This document shows positions 8,037-17,584 of a DNA stretch of 27,290 nt, one piece after another. The position numbers and the translations under genes were made by a program. The first letter of the stretch is position 1. Every line of letters starts with the position of its first letter. The stretch spans positions 1 to 27,290 of the forward strand of contig NJBF01000043.1 of the NCBI GenBank assembly GCA_003144275.1. Direction: 5' to 3'. The DNA is from Candidatus Heimdallarchaeota archaeon B3_Heim. Its GTDB lineage: Archaea > Asgardarchaeota > Heimdallarchaeia > Hodarchaeales > Hodarchaeaceae. A model generated the notes under the pieces. That model did not search any database. It saw only the letters and a list, made by a program, of their open reading frames with translations, and had not been told where the DNA came from.

Positions 8037-9182
8037 ATGAGATCTAAGGAAATTGATGCAAATTGTATCGCTATCCTAGGAGCTGGAAATGGTGGTCATG
8101 CTTTTGCTGCTTATGCAAAATCAAAAGGATATAAGGTTAAGATATGGAATAGATCCATTTCAGTTATTGATGCCATAAAGAAAAATGGAATCACCTCATC
8201 AGGTGTACTTGAAGGTCATTTCAATACCGATCTAGCTACACCCTCGATCCAGAAAGCTATCGAAGAAAGTAAGTTAATAATGCTTGTGACAACGGCCGAT
8301 GCACATAAAGAAATAGCTGTACAGATCGCTCCTTATTTAACAAACGATCAAGTTGTAGTTTTAAATCCAGGGAGAACAGGGGGTGCATTTGAAGTGAGTA
8401 ACACCATTAAACAGCATAATGGCCCATTTAAACCACAGGTGATTGAAGCTCAATCCTTACTATTCGTTTCACGATGTACCAAACCTAGCCATGTAACAAT
8501 TGCAGGAATTAAAAGAAGAGTACCAGTTTCTGCTTTCCCATCATTTTATAACGAAGAAGCTATTCCTGCATTGAAAGAAGTAAGTAGCAATTTTTGTGAA
8601 ACCGAATCTGTATTAAATACCTCATTTGATAATATAGGAGCTATATTTCATCCAGCACCCTTGTTATTGAATGTAGCCAGATGTGAAGATCCCTATGTCA
8701 AATATAGACATTATATTGATGGAGTGTCACCATCTGTTGCTTGTTTCTTAGAGAAAATGGACAATGAAAGAGTTGCAGTTGCAGGAGCTTATGGTGTTCA
8801 CGCCATTTCACTGAAAAAATGGTTAAATTTAGTTTATGGGAGTACAGGAGAAAATTTGTTTGAAATTGTTCAGAATACAAAGGAGTATCAAAATGTTATC
8901 GCACCATCTAACCTCGATGTCCGCTATATTTTTGAAGATATTCCCACTGGGTTAGTACCTATTTCGAGTTTTGGGGAAGCTGCAGGTGTACCAACACCCC
9001 ATATTGACATGATAATTAACTTGGCTACATCTATGTGTAATAAGGACTATAAGAGCCATGGTAGAACAATAGAGTCAATGGAACTAGATAAAATTCCCAG
9101 TTACCTGTTAAAAGAGTATGTGACTCTTGGAGATGAATTTTACATCGAAATAATGAATCAGGAGAGTGTATTAGAAGAATGA
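8037..9182 (+). CDS. NAD(P)-dependent opine (octopine/nopaline-type) dehydrogenase family protein
   Basis: Rossmann motif IAILGAGNGGHAFAA, LNPGRTGG, TSFDNIGAIFHP, the C-terminal helical-domain motif RYIFEDIPTGLVP, and GVPTPHIDMII. Confidence 0.9.
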   Translation: MRSKEIDANCIAILGAGNGGHAFAAYAKSKGYKVKIWNRSISVIDAIKKNGITSSGVLEGHFNTDLATPSIQKAIEESKLIMLVTTADAHKEIAVQIAPYLTNDQVVVLNPGRTGGAFEVSNTIKQHNGPFKPQVIEAQSLLFVSRCTKPSHVTIAGIKRRVPVSAFPSFYNEEAIPALKEVSSNFCETESVLNTSFDNIGAIFHPAPLLLNVARCEDPYVKYRHYIDGVSPSVACFLEKMDNERVAVAGAYGVHAISLKKWLNLVYGSTGENLFEIVQNTKEYQNVIAPSNLDVRYIFEDIPTGLVPISSFGEAAGVPTPHIDMIINLATSMCNKDYKSHGRTIESMELDKIPSYLLKEYVTLGDEFYIEIMNQESVLEE

Positions 9183-10903
9183 AGCATAAGAAGCATATAT
9201 TATGTGCTACACTCGGATCTTGTGTCCATATTGCTGGAATATTTAATTTTATGCAGATTTCTCAAGAACAGGGTTATAAAACAACATTCTTACGCCCTCC
9301 AAACACAATTGAAAATATCATAAAGGAAATAAAAAGAATAGATCCAGATATTGTCGCATTGAGCTATCGTTTGACACCAAAGGTAGCAGTTGAGATTGTG
9401 AGTAAGCTTATAGATAAAATCACTCCCAAGATGAGGGAAAAGGAGTGGATTTTTGGTGGAACAAGTCCAGTATGTAAAAGTATTGAGCCCATGGGTCTAT
9501 TTAACCATTTCTTTACAGGCCAATCGTCAGAAATAGATGTTATAGAATATTTAAGAAATTCCCGATTTCCATCTAAAGAAGAAAAAGTTTATGCAACTAA
9601 TTTACTTGACCGTTTGAAAGCTTATTACCCTTATCCATTGATCAGAGCCCATTTTGGAGTACCCTCTGTTGAAGTAACCTTTAAAGGTATCAAAACTATA
9701 GCACTTGCAAAGGTTATTGATATTCTTTCAATAGGTCCTGATCAAAACTTCCAAGAACACTTTTTTTGCCCAGAGGAAATGAAAGTATTAGAACAGGGGG
9801 CAGGAGGAGTTGCAATACGTTCTAAAGAAGATTTAATCAATTTTTACGAGGCATCAAAAAATGGAAATTTTCCATTATTACGTTGTTATTCAGGTACAAG
9901 AAATCTAATACAAATGGCCGAGTTACTTAAAAATACCATTAATAACGTTTGGGGTGCCACACCCCTTTTTTGGTATTCAGAACTGGATGGCCGAAGTAGT
10001 AGAACATTACAAAGTGCAATCAAAGAAAATCAAGAAAATATGATTTGGCACGCTAGACAAAACCTACCATTTGAATCAAATGAATCCCATCATTGGAGTT
10101 TAAGGTCTGCACCAGACGTAATTGCTGTTACGGCTGCTTTCTTGGGCGCATATAATGCGAAAAAAGCTGGAATACAACATTACATTTCCCAGATGATGTT
10201 CGATACCCCTCTTGGAATTTCTCCTCGCTTTGATTTAGCGAAAATGATAGCTAAGACTGAATTAATTGAGGGATTACATGATAAGAATTTCAAAACGTAT
10301 CGTCAAGTTCGCTCAGGGCTTCTAAGTTTTCCTGAAGATTTAGATCTTTCGAAAGGTCAGTTAGCGTCCTCTATTCAAATCGCAATGTTTATGAGACCGC
10401 ATATTGTACATGTGGTTAGCTATTGTGAAGCTGATCATGCTGCTACGCCAGAGGATATTATAGAAAGCGCAAAAATTACACGGAAAATTATCTTAAATTC
10501 AATAAGAGGATTACCATATGTTCATTTTGATACAAAGCTTGAAGAATATAAGTCTAGACTTATTTCAGAGACTTATCATATTCTTCAGGCAGTTCAGAAT
10601 ATCTCAGAAGAATCAAATATGGATCCATTAAGTCACCCTCTAACATTAGCAAATGCGGTTAAAATAGGAATATTTGATGCGCCGCATTTAAAGGGGTTAA
10701 AGGCTGCATGTGGAGAAATTCAAACTTCTGTAATCGATGGGAAGTGTATAACCATTGATCCTCATACAGATTTAATTTTATCTGAATTCGACAGATTAAA
10801 TCGAATCTTGGAGAAAAATGGCTTCCCTCTGCTAAAGAATGAATTGAAACACCAGAATACAACTCAAATCCAGAGGAAATTATTCACTTCTCCCTTTAAT
10901 TAA
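9179..10903 (+). CDS. Cobalamin-binding protein: N-terminal B12 Rossmann domain plus about 450-aa catalytic domain of unassigned function
   Basis: C15-V-H17-I-A-G20, then exactly 41 residues to S62-Y-R-L, then 28 residues to G93-G94. This matches the DxHxxG-x41-SxL-x26-28-GG base-off/His-on signature with Asp replaced by Cys. ATGA overlap with the upstream stop. Confidence 0.8.
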   Translation: MKHKKHILCATLGSCVHIAGIFNFMQISQEQGYKTTFLRPPNTIENIIKEIKRIDPDIVALSYRLTPKVAVEIVSKLIDKITPKMREKEWIFGGTSPVCKSIEPMGLFNHFFTGQSSEIDVIEYLRNSRFPSKEEKVYATNLLDRLKAYYPYPLIRAHFGVPSVEVTFKGIKTIALAKVIDILSIGPDQNFQEHFFCPEEMKVLEQGAGGVAIRSKEDLINFYEASKNGNFPLLRCYSGTRNLIQMAELLKNTINNVWGATPLFWYSELDGRSSRTLQSAIKENQENMIWHARQNLPFESNESHHWSLRSAPDVIAVTAAFLGAYNAKKAGIQHYISQMMFDTPLGISPRFDLAKMIAKTELIEGLHDKNFKTYRQVRSGLLSFPEDLDLSKGQLASSIQIAMFMRPHIVHVVSYCEADHAATPEDIIESAKITRKIILNSIRGLPYVHFDTKLEEYKSRLISETYHILQAVQNISEESNMDPLSHPLTLANAVKIGIFDAPHLKGLKAACGEIQTSVIDGKCITIDPHTDLILSEFDRLNRILEKNGFPLLKNELKHQNTTQIQRKLFTSPFN

Positions 10904-10921
10904 TTCTTTATTGTCTGTCTT

Positions 10922-11860
10922 TCAAATTGGAGCATTAAATATATCGAAGCGTGAATAATGACCTGAGTAATCAAAATTCTGTCTTTCTTCAATTGCTTTC
11001 ATAAAATCGACATCAGCATAAACAATTCCTTCTGTACCAACTAGTGGGTCACTTACAAAGTTCCCTTTTGGATCCGCTATAACCGTTCCCCCATTTTGCC
11101 AAATTTTTCCCTTTTTCTCCTCTAAATTAAGATATTTCTTAACTGGGAACTCTTTATCAGATAAATTTAGAAGATCCTCTGTTCTCAACAGGCCAGATGC
11201 TGATATTACCCAATAACGTCCTTCTAAAGCAAGGAACCGTGTAATTTCTCTTGTCAGGCCATCACTCCCTGGCCAAACAGCTACGTGTAATAACTCATTT
11301 TGTTTATGAAGCGAAGCACGTGCATAAGGAATCCAATTCTCCCAGCAGTTTAAGCCACCGATTTTATATCCATGAAAAAGTACTGTTTTAAGTCCTAGTC
11401 CGTCACCATCCGCCCAAATAAGTCTTTCTTCATAAGTAGGTTTAATCTTCCGATGTCGATTGATTAACTCACCATTTTCATCGATCGTAATCAATGTACA
11501 GTATGTCGAACCACTAGATTTTTCAGCAATTCCTCCCATCATCATGATTTTTAATTCCTTAGCTAACTTTCGCATTTCTAAAATGACTTCTGAACCACCT
11601 GATAAATCGAGTGCTTCACGCCAATATGTACTGTACGTTTTTTTCTGATCGGAGTTGTCCCATTTTGCTCCTCCAGTCTGGGATGGCCAAAATGGATAAC
11701 CAGGGATTAATGTTTCCCCCCATGTCACCAATTTGGCATCATTATCCCGAGCTTCCCTAATATAATCGGATAATTTCTCCCATGTCTTTTGACTATTTAA
11801 TACGATAGGAGCAATTTGAATTCCTGCAACACGAACCATTGGATATTCCTCATACTTCAT
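10922..11860 (-). CDS. Carbon-nitrogen hydrolase, nitrilase branch
   Basis: Catalytic triad Glu (WGETLIPGYP), Lys (RHRKIKPTYEER), Cys (GGLNCWEN); C-terminal DYSGHYSRFDIF. Confidence 0.92.
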   Translation of the reverse strand: MKYEEYPMVRVAGIQIAPIVLNSQKTWEKLSDYIREARDNDAKLVTWGETLIPGYPFWPSQTGGAKWDNSDQKKTYSTYWREALDLSGGSEVILEMRKLAKELKIMMMGGIAEKSSGSTYCTLITIDENGELINRHRKIKPTYEERLIWADGDGLGLKTVLFHGYKIGGLNCWENWIPYARASLHKQNELLHVAVWPGSDGLTREITRFLALEGRYWVISASGLLRTEDLLNLSDKEFPVKKYLNLEEKKGKIWQNGGTVIADPKGNFVSDPLVGTEGIVYADVDFMKAIEERQNFDYSGHYSRFDIFNAPI

Positions 11861-11972
11861 CTGTGAACAGAGATTAACAAAATTGACATTTTACTTAATA
11901 TCACTTGTAGACTTAAAATATTTAAATGCTACATGACTAAAAAGAATTTATCGTAATCAATGATTAACTAGG

Positions 11973-12824
11973 ATGGGTCTAGTATTGAAGAAATGCCCGA
12001 AATGTGAAAATGAGTTTCCAGATGACTATTTGTTCTGCCCGAAATGTGGTGGTAAGTTTTCAAGTCACGATTTAGCTGGTTTTGAGGAGATTGATGATTC
12101 AAATCTGATGGTTGCGGGGTACGACTTACACAAGTCCTACTTAATGGGTAAAAATGCTGTTAATGCTCTGCGAGGAGTTGACTTGAAAGTTAAGATTGGA
12201 GATTTTATCTCTATTATGGGACCATCAGGGTCAGGAAAGAGTACTCTGATGCACTTACTTGGTGGATTAGATAAACCATCAAGAGGTCACATTGTTATAC
12301 GCCAACCAACTGGTTTACCCGAAAAAAAAGGATCACTTCAAGATATTTCCAACCTGTCAAAAGAAGCACTTTCAGAAATTCGCTTACATATTTCTGGATT
12401 CGTTTTCCAGCAGTTTTACCTATTACCGACATTATCTGCAGCAGAGAATATTAGCATCCCCCTCATTTTTTCTGGGAATAAATCAAGTCTTGTGAAGCAA
12501 AGAACCGATCAATTACTTGAATTGGTTGGTTTATCTATGAGAGGCCATCATCTTCCTTCAGAGTTATCAGGGGGTGAGCAACAAAGAGTTGCCATTGCTA
12601 GAGCGCTAGCAAATGATCCTCCCCTAATTTTGGCTGATGAGCCAACAGGTGATCTTGACTCACGTACTGGACACATGATAATGGAGATGTTAAAGAACCT
12701 CAACGAAATGGGTAAGACCATTGTTATGGTTACTCATGACCAAAGTGTGGCTGGCTTTGCACGAACTAAATATGAAATGATGGATGGGAAATTTATCAAT
12801 AAAAACCAAGGAGAAATGAGGTAG
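11973..12824 (+). CDS. MacB/LolD-type ABC ATPase with N-terminal zinc ribbon
   Basis: CPKC-x10-CPKC at the N-terminus; Walker [11 protein letters not shown]-loop FVFQQFYL, signature LSGGEQQR, Walker [10 protein letters not shown]-loop VTHD. Confidence 0.93.
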   Translation: MGLVLKKCPKCENEFPDDYLFCPKCGGKFSSHDLAGFEEIDDSNLMVAGYDLHKSYLMGKNAVNALRGVDLKVKIGDFISIMGPSGSGKSTLMHLLGGLDKPSRGHIVIRQPTGLPEKKGSLQDISNLSKEALSEIRLHISGFVFQQFYLLPTLSAAENISIPLIFSGNKSSLVKQRTDQLLELVGLSMRGHHLPSELSGGEQQRVAIARALANDPPLILADEPTGDLDSRTGHMIMEMLKNLNEMGKTIVMVTHDQSVAGFARTKYEMMDGKFINKNQGEMR

Positions 12825-12830
12825 CCCAGT

Positions 12831-15671
12831 ATGAATCTCAGAATTCAAACAAAACAACAAAGCGGCTGGTTGCTAAAATTCATTTTTCGAGATTTTAAGA
12901 AGCATAAATTGAGAAACCTAATTGCTATACTATCAATTGGGTTAAGTATTGGAATTCTTGTAGCAATGAACGCTACAGTTGACACCTTGGGAAATACCTA
13001 CGTAGATCTAGTAATTCATACAACCCCTGATTATGATTTTGAGATCAGACCAACTAAAGAAGCAACAATTCAAAACTATTCACGACTCATATCCTCTATA
13101 AAAGAGATTAATGAGATTGAAGAGGTTACACCAAGATTTATCTCCCCTTCTAACATGATACTCTCCTATGAGCTGGAAAATGATACTAGATATGACTTAA
13201 TACAACTTCCTGCTACTCTAATTGGTTTGAACATAAGCAAAGAAAATGAACTCGGAATTGGTTCCTTTGACCCAAGAATTGACAACGCCATTGGAGTAAA
13301 CAAATGCCTTCTTGTGGGAAACTTTGGTGAAAACGTCAGAACAGCATTAAATGATAACCTTTCGGTTAATTACTTCTATCTCAGGTTAAATAATCCCATT
13401 ACAGGGGTAATTAGTGAGATAAAACTAGAGATTGAATCGGTTGTACAAAATCAACAACGTTTACCCGATGCCTTCAACCAAATCGTAGTTGATCTATCAC
13501 TTATTGAATCATGGCTTAACATAGAGGAGATTTGTACAACACTTATTGGGAAATTTAAAGACCCTGTGTATTCAGTAATGGATCCTGAGGGATCTGTTGC
13601 TAAAGCTAAAGATTTAGCAATAACTATCCAGTCAAAAATTGGTATTGAAGAATATTCGGTTTCACTCCCTAAAGCTCTGGCAATTGAAAGTGCAGATTTC
13701 ACAGGATTTAGGCTATTGCTAAATTTTATTGGGATTTTGATACTCCTCTTAGCCACAATTCTTATTTATTCCCTAAATACAGTTTCTATCCAAGAAAAAA
13801 ACCAAGAATATGCAATGTTAAGAACAATTGGTATCAAAGACCGTAAATTACTCCTGATGTTATTTGTAACCCAATTGGTTAATGTTTTTTTTGGAATAAT
13901 AGTTGGAATAGTATTAGGCTATGTTCTTAGCTTAGTGATAACTAACCTTCTGTTATCCAATATACCCAACCTCTCAATGACCATTTCCACCAGCACCCTA
14001 ACCTTTTCGGTGTTTGTGGGAAGTGTAGCTGGAATATTATCTGCTATTAAACCTAGTGTAAACTTGATCAACAGAAATATTACCACGAGTCTGGAAGTAG
14101 GTCGTGTGCTCAATCAAGAATATTCCATTCAAAGGGAAAGAAGTGTCTCAAAAAGCATGGGATTATTAGGGTTTGCTATAGCCAGTATGGGATCAGTATT
14201 CTTTATTATTCTCCCACTTTTGGAATTTCTAGATAATCCACTCTATACACAAATTCTATTCTTAAGCTTATTATTATCATTCCTCATTGGATCTGTACTC
14301 CTAACCGTTGGAGTTTTGTCCCCTATTTGTGAAATGGTACTTGTAAGGATAATGATTGCTTTTAAATACACCCGTAAGATAGGTATCATGACTAAAACTT
14401 TCTTATTGAAAAATCAACGTAGAAATTCACTAACTGCCACTATTTTCGCCCTTAGTATGGCTTTCATTCTGTATCTTTCAATGTCCAATAGTTTCCAGGG
14501 TCATATGATGGTTGAAAATTTAAGACATTATTATGGGTCAGACTTAGTTGTTCAGTCATCTGGAGTACAAGATGCTTATGTTGACCCATCTGTCGTGACA
14601 TTTCTTGAAAGTCACAATAATGTATCTTCAGTATCTTATGTGACTACTGGAAGTATTTTTTCATTAATAGGTTGCCAAGCAACTCTTGGTGATCTAGCAT
14701 TATTCGATGCACTTACCCCGAGTGGTATTTATGGTATTTCTGATTCCAATTTCGACCAAAGTCTTTACAGAAAACCTATCATCCAACAACCTGCAAACCA
14801 AAATGCATGGGATCTTCTAACAAATAATAATACAGTAATCATTTCAAGAAGTATCGCAAATCAGCTGAAAATGGATGTTGGTGACTTTATAAGACTCAAA
14901 ATTTCCAGTTATATAAGCAAAAATCATCAATTGTATGGTAAGGATTTAAATCTATCTATTGTTGGGATAGTAGACCGTGTTAATGGTTTTCCTGATGTTC
15001 ATATCGCTAAGAGGTACTCTGGTTCTTCAGCTATCTTTCTCGGAAATTTTACCTGGAATCAGGTAATGCTTGGGAAAAGCATCAACAATTCAGATCAAAT
15101 AACTGCTGAAAAGAGTATAGACCGAGTATTTGTAAAAGCAAAATTTTGGTGGACAAGGACAACTTTTCTGGAGACCATACAAAGTGATCTCTTTTTAGAA
15201 TTTGGGACATCAATTGTCACCGTGAGAATTGACCTTTTATTAGAAAATCTCGATACGCAACTAGAACAGCAACGAGATCAGCTTGCCATTATTCTATCAT
15301 TATCGCTGATAATTGCTTTCTTTTCCATTTTTTCTAGCACTCAAACAAGTATTTTAGAATCAATGAGAGAAATTGGTGTAATTAAAGCTGTTGGATTGAA
15401 GCAAAGAACAATTACTGTAATTTTTATTTCACAGGCTGTAATTTTAACTGTCGTTTCGACGATTCTAGGTGGTCTAGTAGGTTACATTCTTGCCTTACTT
15501 TCGCACCTGCAGTCAGCGATTCAGACAGAATTCCCCATAGCACTTATCCCTGTGGATGCAATTATATACCAAGTGTATGCAATATCCATTGTTTTAGCGA
15601 TAATTGGTACTTATATTCCAGTTCGATCACTCAAAAACAAAGAACCATCGGAAATCTTACGAACATTATAA
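12831..15671 (+). CDS. FtsX/MacB-like ABC permease with two repeated halves
   Basis: Two TM1, large extramembrane domain, 3-TM units. FtsX-type motifs EKNQEYAMLRTIGI and ESMREIGVIKAVGL; ends EPSEILR. Starts 6 nt after the ATPase stop. Confidence 0.9.
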   Translation: MNLRIQTKQQSGWLLKFIFRDFKKHKLRNLIAILSIGLSIGILVAMNATVDTLGNTYVDLVIHTTPDYDFEIRPTKEATIQNYSRLISSIKEINEIEEVTPRFISPSNMILSYELENDTRYDLIQLPATLIGLNISKENELGIGSFDPRIDNAIGVNKCLLVGNFGENVRTALNDNLSVNYFYLRLNNPITGVISEIKLEIESVVQNQQRLPDAFNQIVVDLSLIESWLNIEEICTTLIGKFKDPVYSVMDPEGSVAKAKDLAITIQSKIGIEEYSVSLPKALAIESADFTGFRLLLNFIGILILLLATILIYSLNTVSIQEKNQEYAMLRTIGIKDRKLLLMLFVTQLVNVFFGIIVGIVLGYVLSLVITNLLLSNIPNLSMTISTSTLTFSVFVGSVAGILSAIKPSVNLINRNITTSLEVGRVLNQEYSIQRERSVSKSMGLLGFAIASMGSVFFIILPLLEFLDNPLYTQILFLSLLLSFLIGSVLLTVGVLSPICEMVLVRIMIAFKYTRKIGIMTKTFLLKNQRRNSLTATIFALSMAFILYLSMSNSFQGHMMVENLRHYYGSDLVVQSSGVQDAYVDPSVVTFLESHNNVSSVSYVTTGSIFSLIGCQATLGDLALFDALTPSGIYGISDSNFDQSLYRKPIIQQPANQNAWDLLTNNNTVIISRSIANQLKMDVGDFIRLKISSYISKNHQLYGKDLNLSIVGIVDRVNGFPDVHIAKRYSGSSAIFLGNFTWNQVMLGKSINNSDQITAEKSIDRVFVKAKFWWTRTTFLETIQSDLFLEFGTSIVTVRIDLLLENLDTQLEQQRDQLAIILSLSLIIAFFSIFSSTQTSILESMREIGVIKAVGLKQRTITVIFISQAVILTVVSTILGGLVGYILALLSHLQSAIQTEFPIALIPVDAIIYQVYAISIVLAIIGTYIPVRSLKNKEPSEILRTL

Positions 15672-15766
15672 ACTGAATTCAGTCAAGATTTCAACGACGG
15701 CAAAGAATCTTTCAGCCCACATCCTATAGTAGGAATTATAGACCTATAGAAATTTGGATAAAAGCT

Positions 15767-16081
15767 TTAATCAACATTTATTACCTTTAGGAAGTGCTTG
15801 ATATTGCTTAAGGTTTCTTTATAGTTATTAGCTCCTTTGGAGGTCACATTGACTAATACTCGTGGTCCTTTTCTTGTTATTACATCTCGTTGAGTAATAT
15901 ATTCTGCTTTTTCCAATCGTCCCAGATGGGTCGGAATAGATCCCCAAGTAAGACTACATTTTTTTCTTAACTGGCCTTGAGTCATCGGACCGATCGCAAT
16001 TAATAGACTCATAATCATCAAACGTTTGGGATGAAAGATTAATGGATCAGCCTTTTTTACCCCATTAATCACCTCACTCAC
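15767..16081 (-). CDS. Winged helix-turn-helix transcriptional regulator (HTH_34/ArsR-MarR-like)
   Basis: IFHPKRLMIMSLL...LTWGSIPTHLGRLEKAEYI followed by the wing RKGPRVLVNVT. 4-nt overlap with the upstream gene. Confidence 0.8.
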   Translation of the reverse strand: MSEVINGVKKADPLIFHPKRLMIMSLLIAIGPMTQGQLRKKCSLTWGSIPTHLGRLEKAEYITQRDVITRKGPRVLVNVTSKGANNYKETLSNIKHFLKVINVD

Positions 16082-16731
16082 GTTTTTACAACCTTCTTCT
16101 CTGCTAAGTATATAGAATATGATGTACTTAAAGAAGCTAGAATTAATGCTAATGCAGGAGAAAGATAGTTGTTTTCTGGCAAATCAGGTATTACAGCAAG
16201 ACAGATAAAGAGAAATGGGGTTGCAATTAGGAGAAAAATTGAAAATAGGAGAACTGGTTGAGAAAATAATTCTTGTTTGTTATAATGAAACCGTTCCGTT
16301 GTCACTCCTATGATCAGGTTTGCTAAACCTAAGAGAGGAAACCAAAGAATTTGAGGGGAAATGACTGTTCCCATGAATGTATTCACAAGATAACCCAGAA
16401 GAAAGACTAAAATATAGGATATTCCCCAAATCGGAGCCTCGTATTTCATGGGTTCAACTCGCTTGAGGATATGGTGAAAAATTTTCAGATGGATACCCAC
16501 AGCTAGCAATGTTAAGGCAAACCATCCCAGAATGAGCGGCCAAATGGTAGTAATCACCATTTGCAACAAGGTAATACTCCCTGTAAGTAATACCATTAAG
16601 ACCAAATTCCCCAATGAAAAAGCAAGTGTATAGCGATAAATAGAGAGATTTAGCGCTGCTTCCATAAGCTCAGTTGATTTCCAAACAATTTCCTCATCCA
16701 AATCTATTAAATTTTCTTTCATTGCTTTCAT
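16078..16731 (-). CDS. Hypothetical integral membrane protein (about 6 TM)
   Basis: Repeated hydrophobic segments; lies in the same operon between the ABC-2 permease and the wHTH gene. Confidence 0.7.
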   Translation of the reverse strand: MKAMKENLIDLDEEIVWKSTELMEAALNLSIYRYTLAFSLGNLVLMVLLTGSITLLQMVITTIWPLILGWFALTLLAVGIHLKIFHHILKRVEPMKYEAPIWGISYILVFLLGYLVNTFMGTVISPQILWFPLLGLANLIIGVTTERFHYNKQELFSQPVLLFSIFLLIATPFLFICLAVIPDLPENNYLSPALALILASLSTSYSIYLAEKKVVKT

Positions 16732-16768
16732 GTTCCTTTTTGATTTATTTTTTGATTGTTTTCTTTAT

Positions 16769-17584
16769 CTATTCATAAACTAATGTTTTACGCTGGAAAA
16801 GTAATATTCCACCATATAGGGAGACGATTGTTGCTAAGACAATTATGATAATTGCTCCCCATAGGGGAATAACTGTAAACTCGGCAGAGAAGAGGTTTAA
16901 ACTATGATAACGAAATGAATCTGTCAGTATATTGTCACCAAGCATAACCACTTGCTGAAATATTTGATTCACCCAGAAAGGAGGAAAGAAATACACGATA
17001 GGGCTATCGAAAGGAATGAAGATACCACTTAAGAACAACACTGGCATTACATAACACATAGAAATCCCAGTGGCAGCATCAGCTGTTTTTGCATAGGCAG
17101 AAATCACAATTCCTACCCCTAATGTCGATATTCCAAAGATAAAGATGATAAATAGCCCGATGATTAATAAGAGCACTTTCTGTTCGTGAAACCTTACACC
17201 AAGGAGGCCATAGCCAAGAAATACCATTAATAATAGCTGAATAGCTAGGAACACTGATTCACTCAGTAAAGTTCCTATGAAGATCTTTGTCCTCCCAATG
17301 GGAGTCGTATCGAGTCTCATCAATGTACCCCGATGTTTTTCACTTGTCAAGGACACCGCTGCATTTATTGTACCAAAAGATGCAGCATAGATCAAGACTG
17401 ATGAAAACGCGAGGTCAAATACGTTATATCCACCTGGAACTTCGATTGAATTAAACACAAACAGGAATATAAACGTAAATAGTATAGGAAAACCAAATGC
17501 ATATAAATACGTTTGGTAACTTCTAAATTTAATTTTAAGGTTTTTTACCGCAATAGCGATAATTTGTTGTAATTCTATTTTCAT
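16769..17584 (-). CDS. ABC-2 type exporter permease
   Basis: Six TM segments; FGFPILF, SEKHRGTLMRLDTTP, LFLSGIFIP motifs. 4-nt overlap with the ATPase stop. Confidence 0.9.
   Translation of the reverse strand: MKIELQQIIAIAVKNLKIKFRSYQTYLYAFGFPILFTFIFLFVFNSIEVPGGYNVFDLAFSSVLIYAASFGTINAAVSLTSEKHRGTLMRLDTTPIGRTKIFIGTLLSESVFLAIQLLLMVFLGYGLLGVRFHEQKVLLLIIGLFIIFIFGISTLGVGIVISAYAKTADAATGISMCYVMPVLFLSGIFIPFDSPIVYFFPPFWVNQIFQQVVMLGDNILTDSFRYHSLNLFSAEFTVIPLWGAIIIIVLATIVSLYGGILLFQRKTLVYE

Noticed and set aside
9179-10903. Methionine synthase or B12-dependent radical SAM annotation
   Set aside because: No homocysteine-, pterin- or SAM-reactivation domains and no CxxxCxxC motif; only the B12-binding domain is shared.
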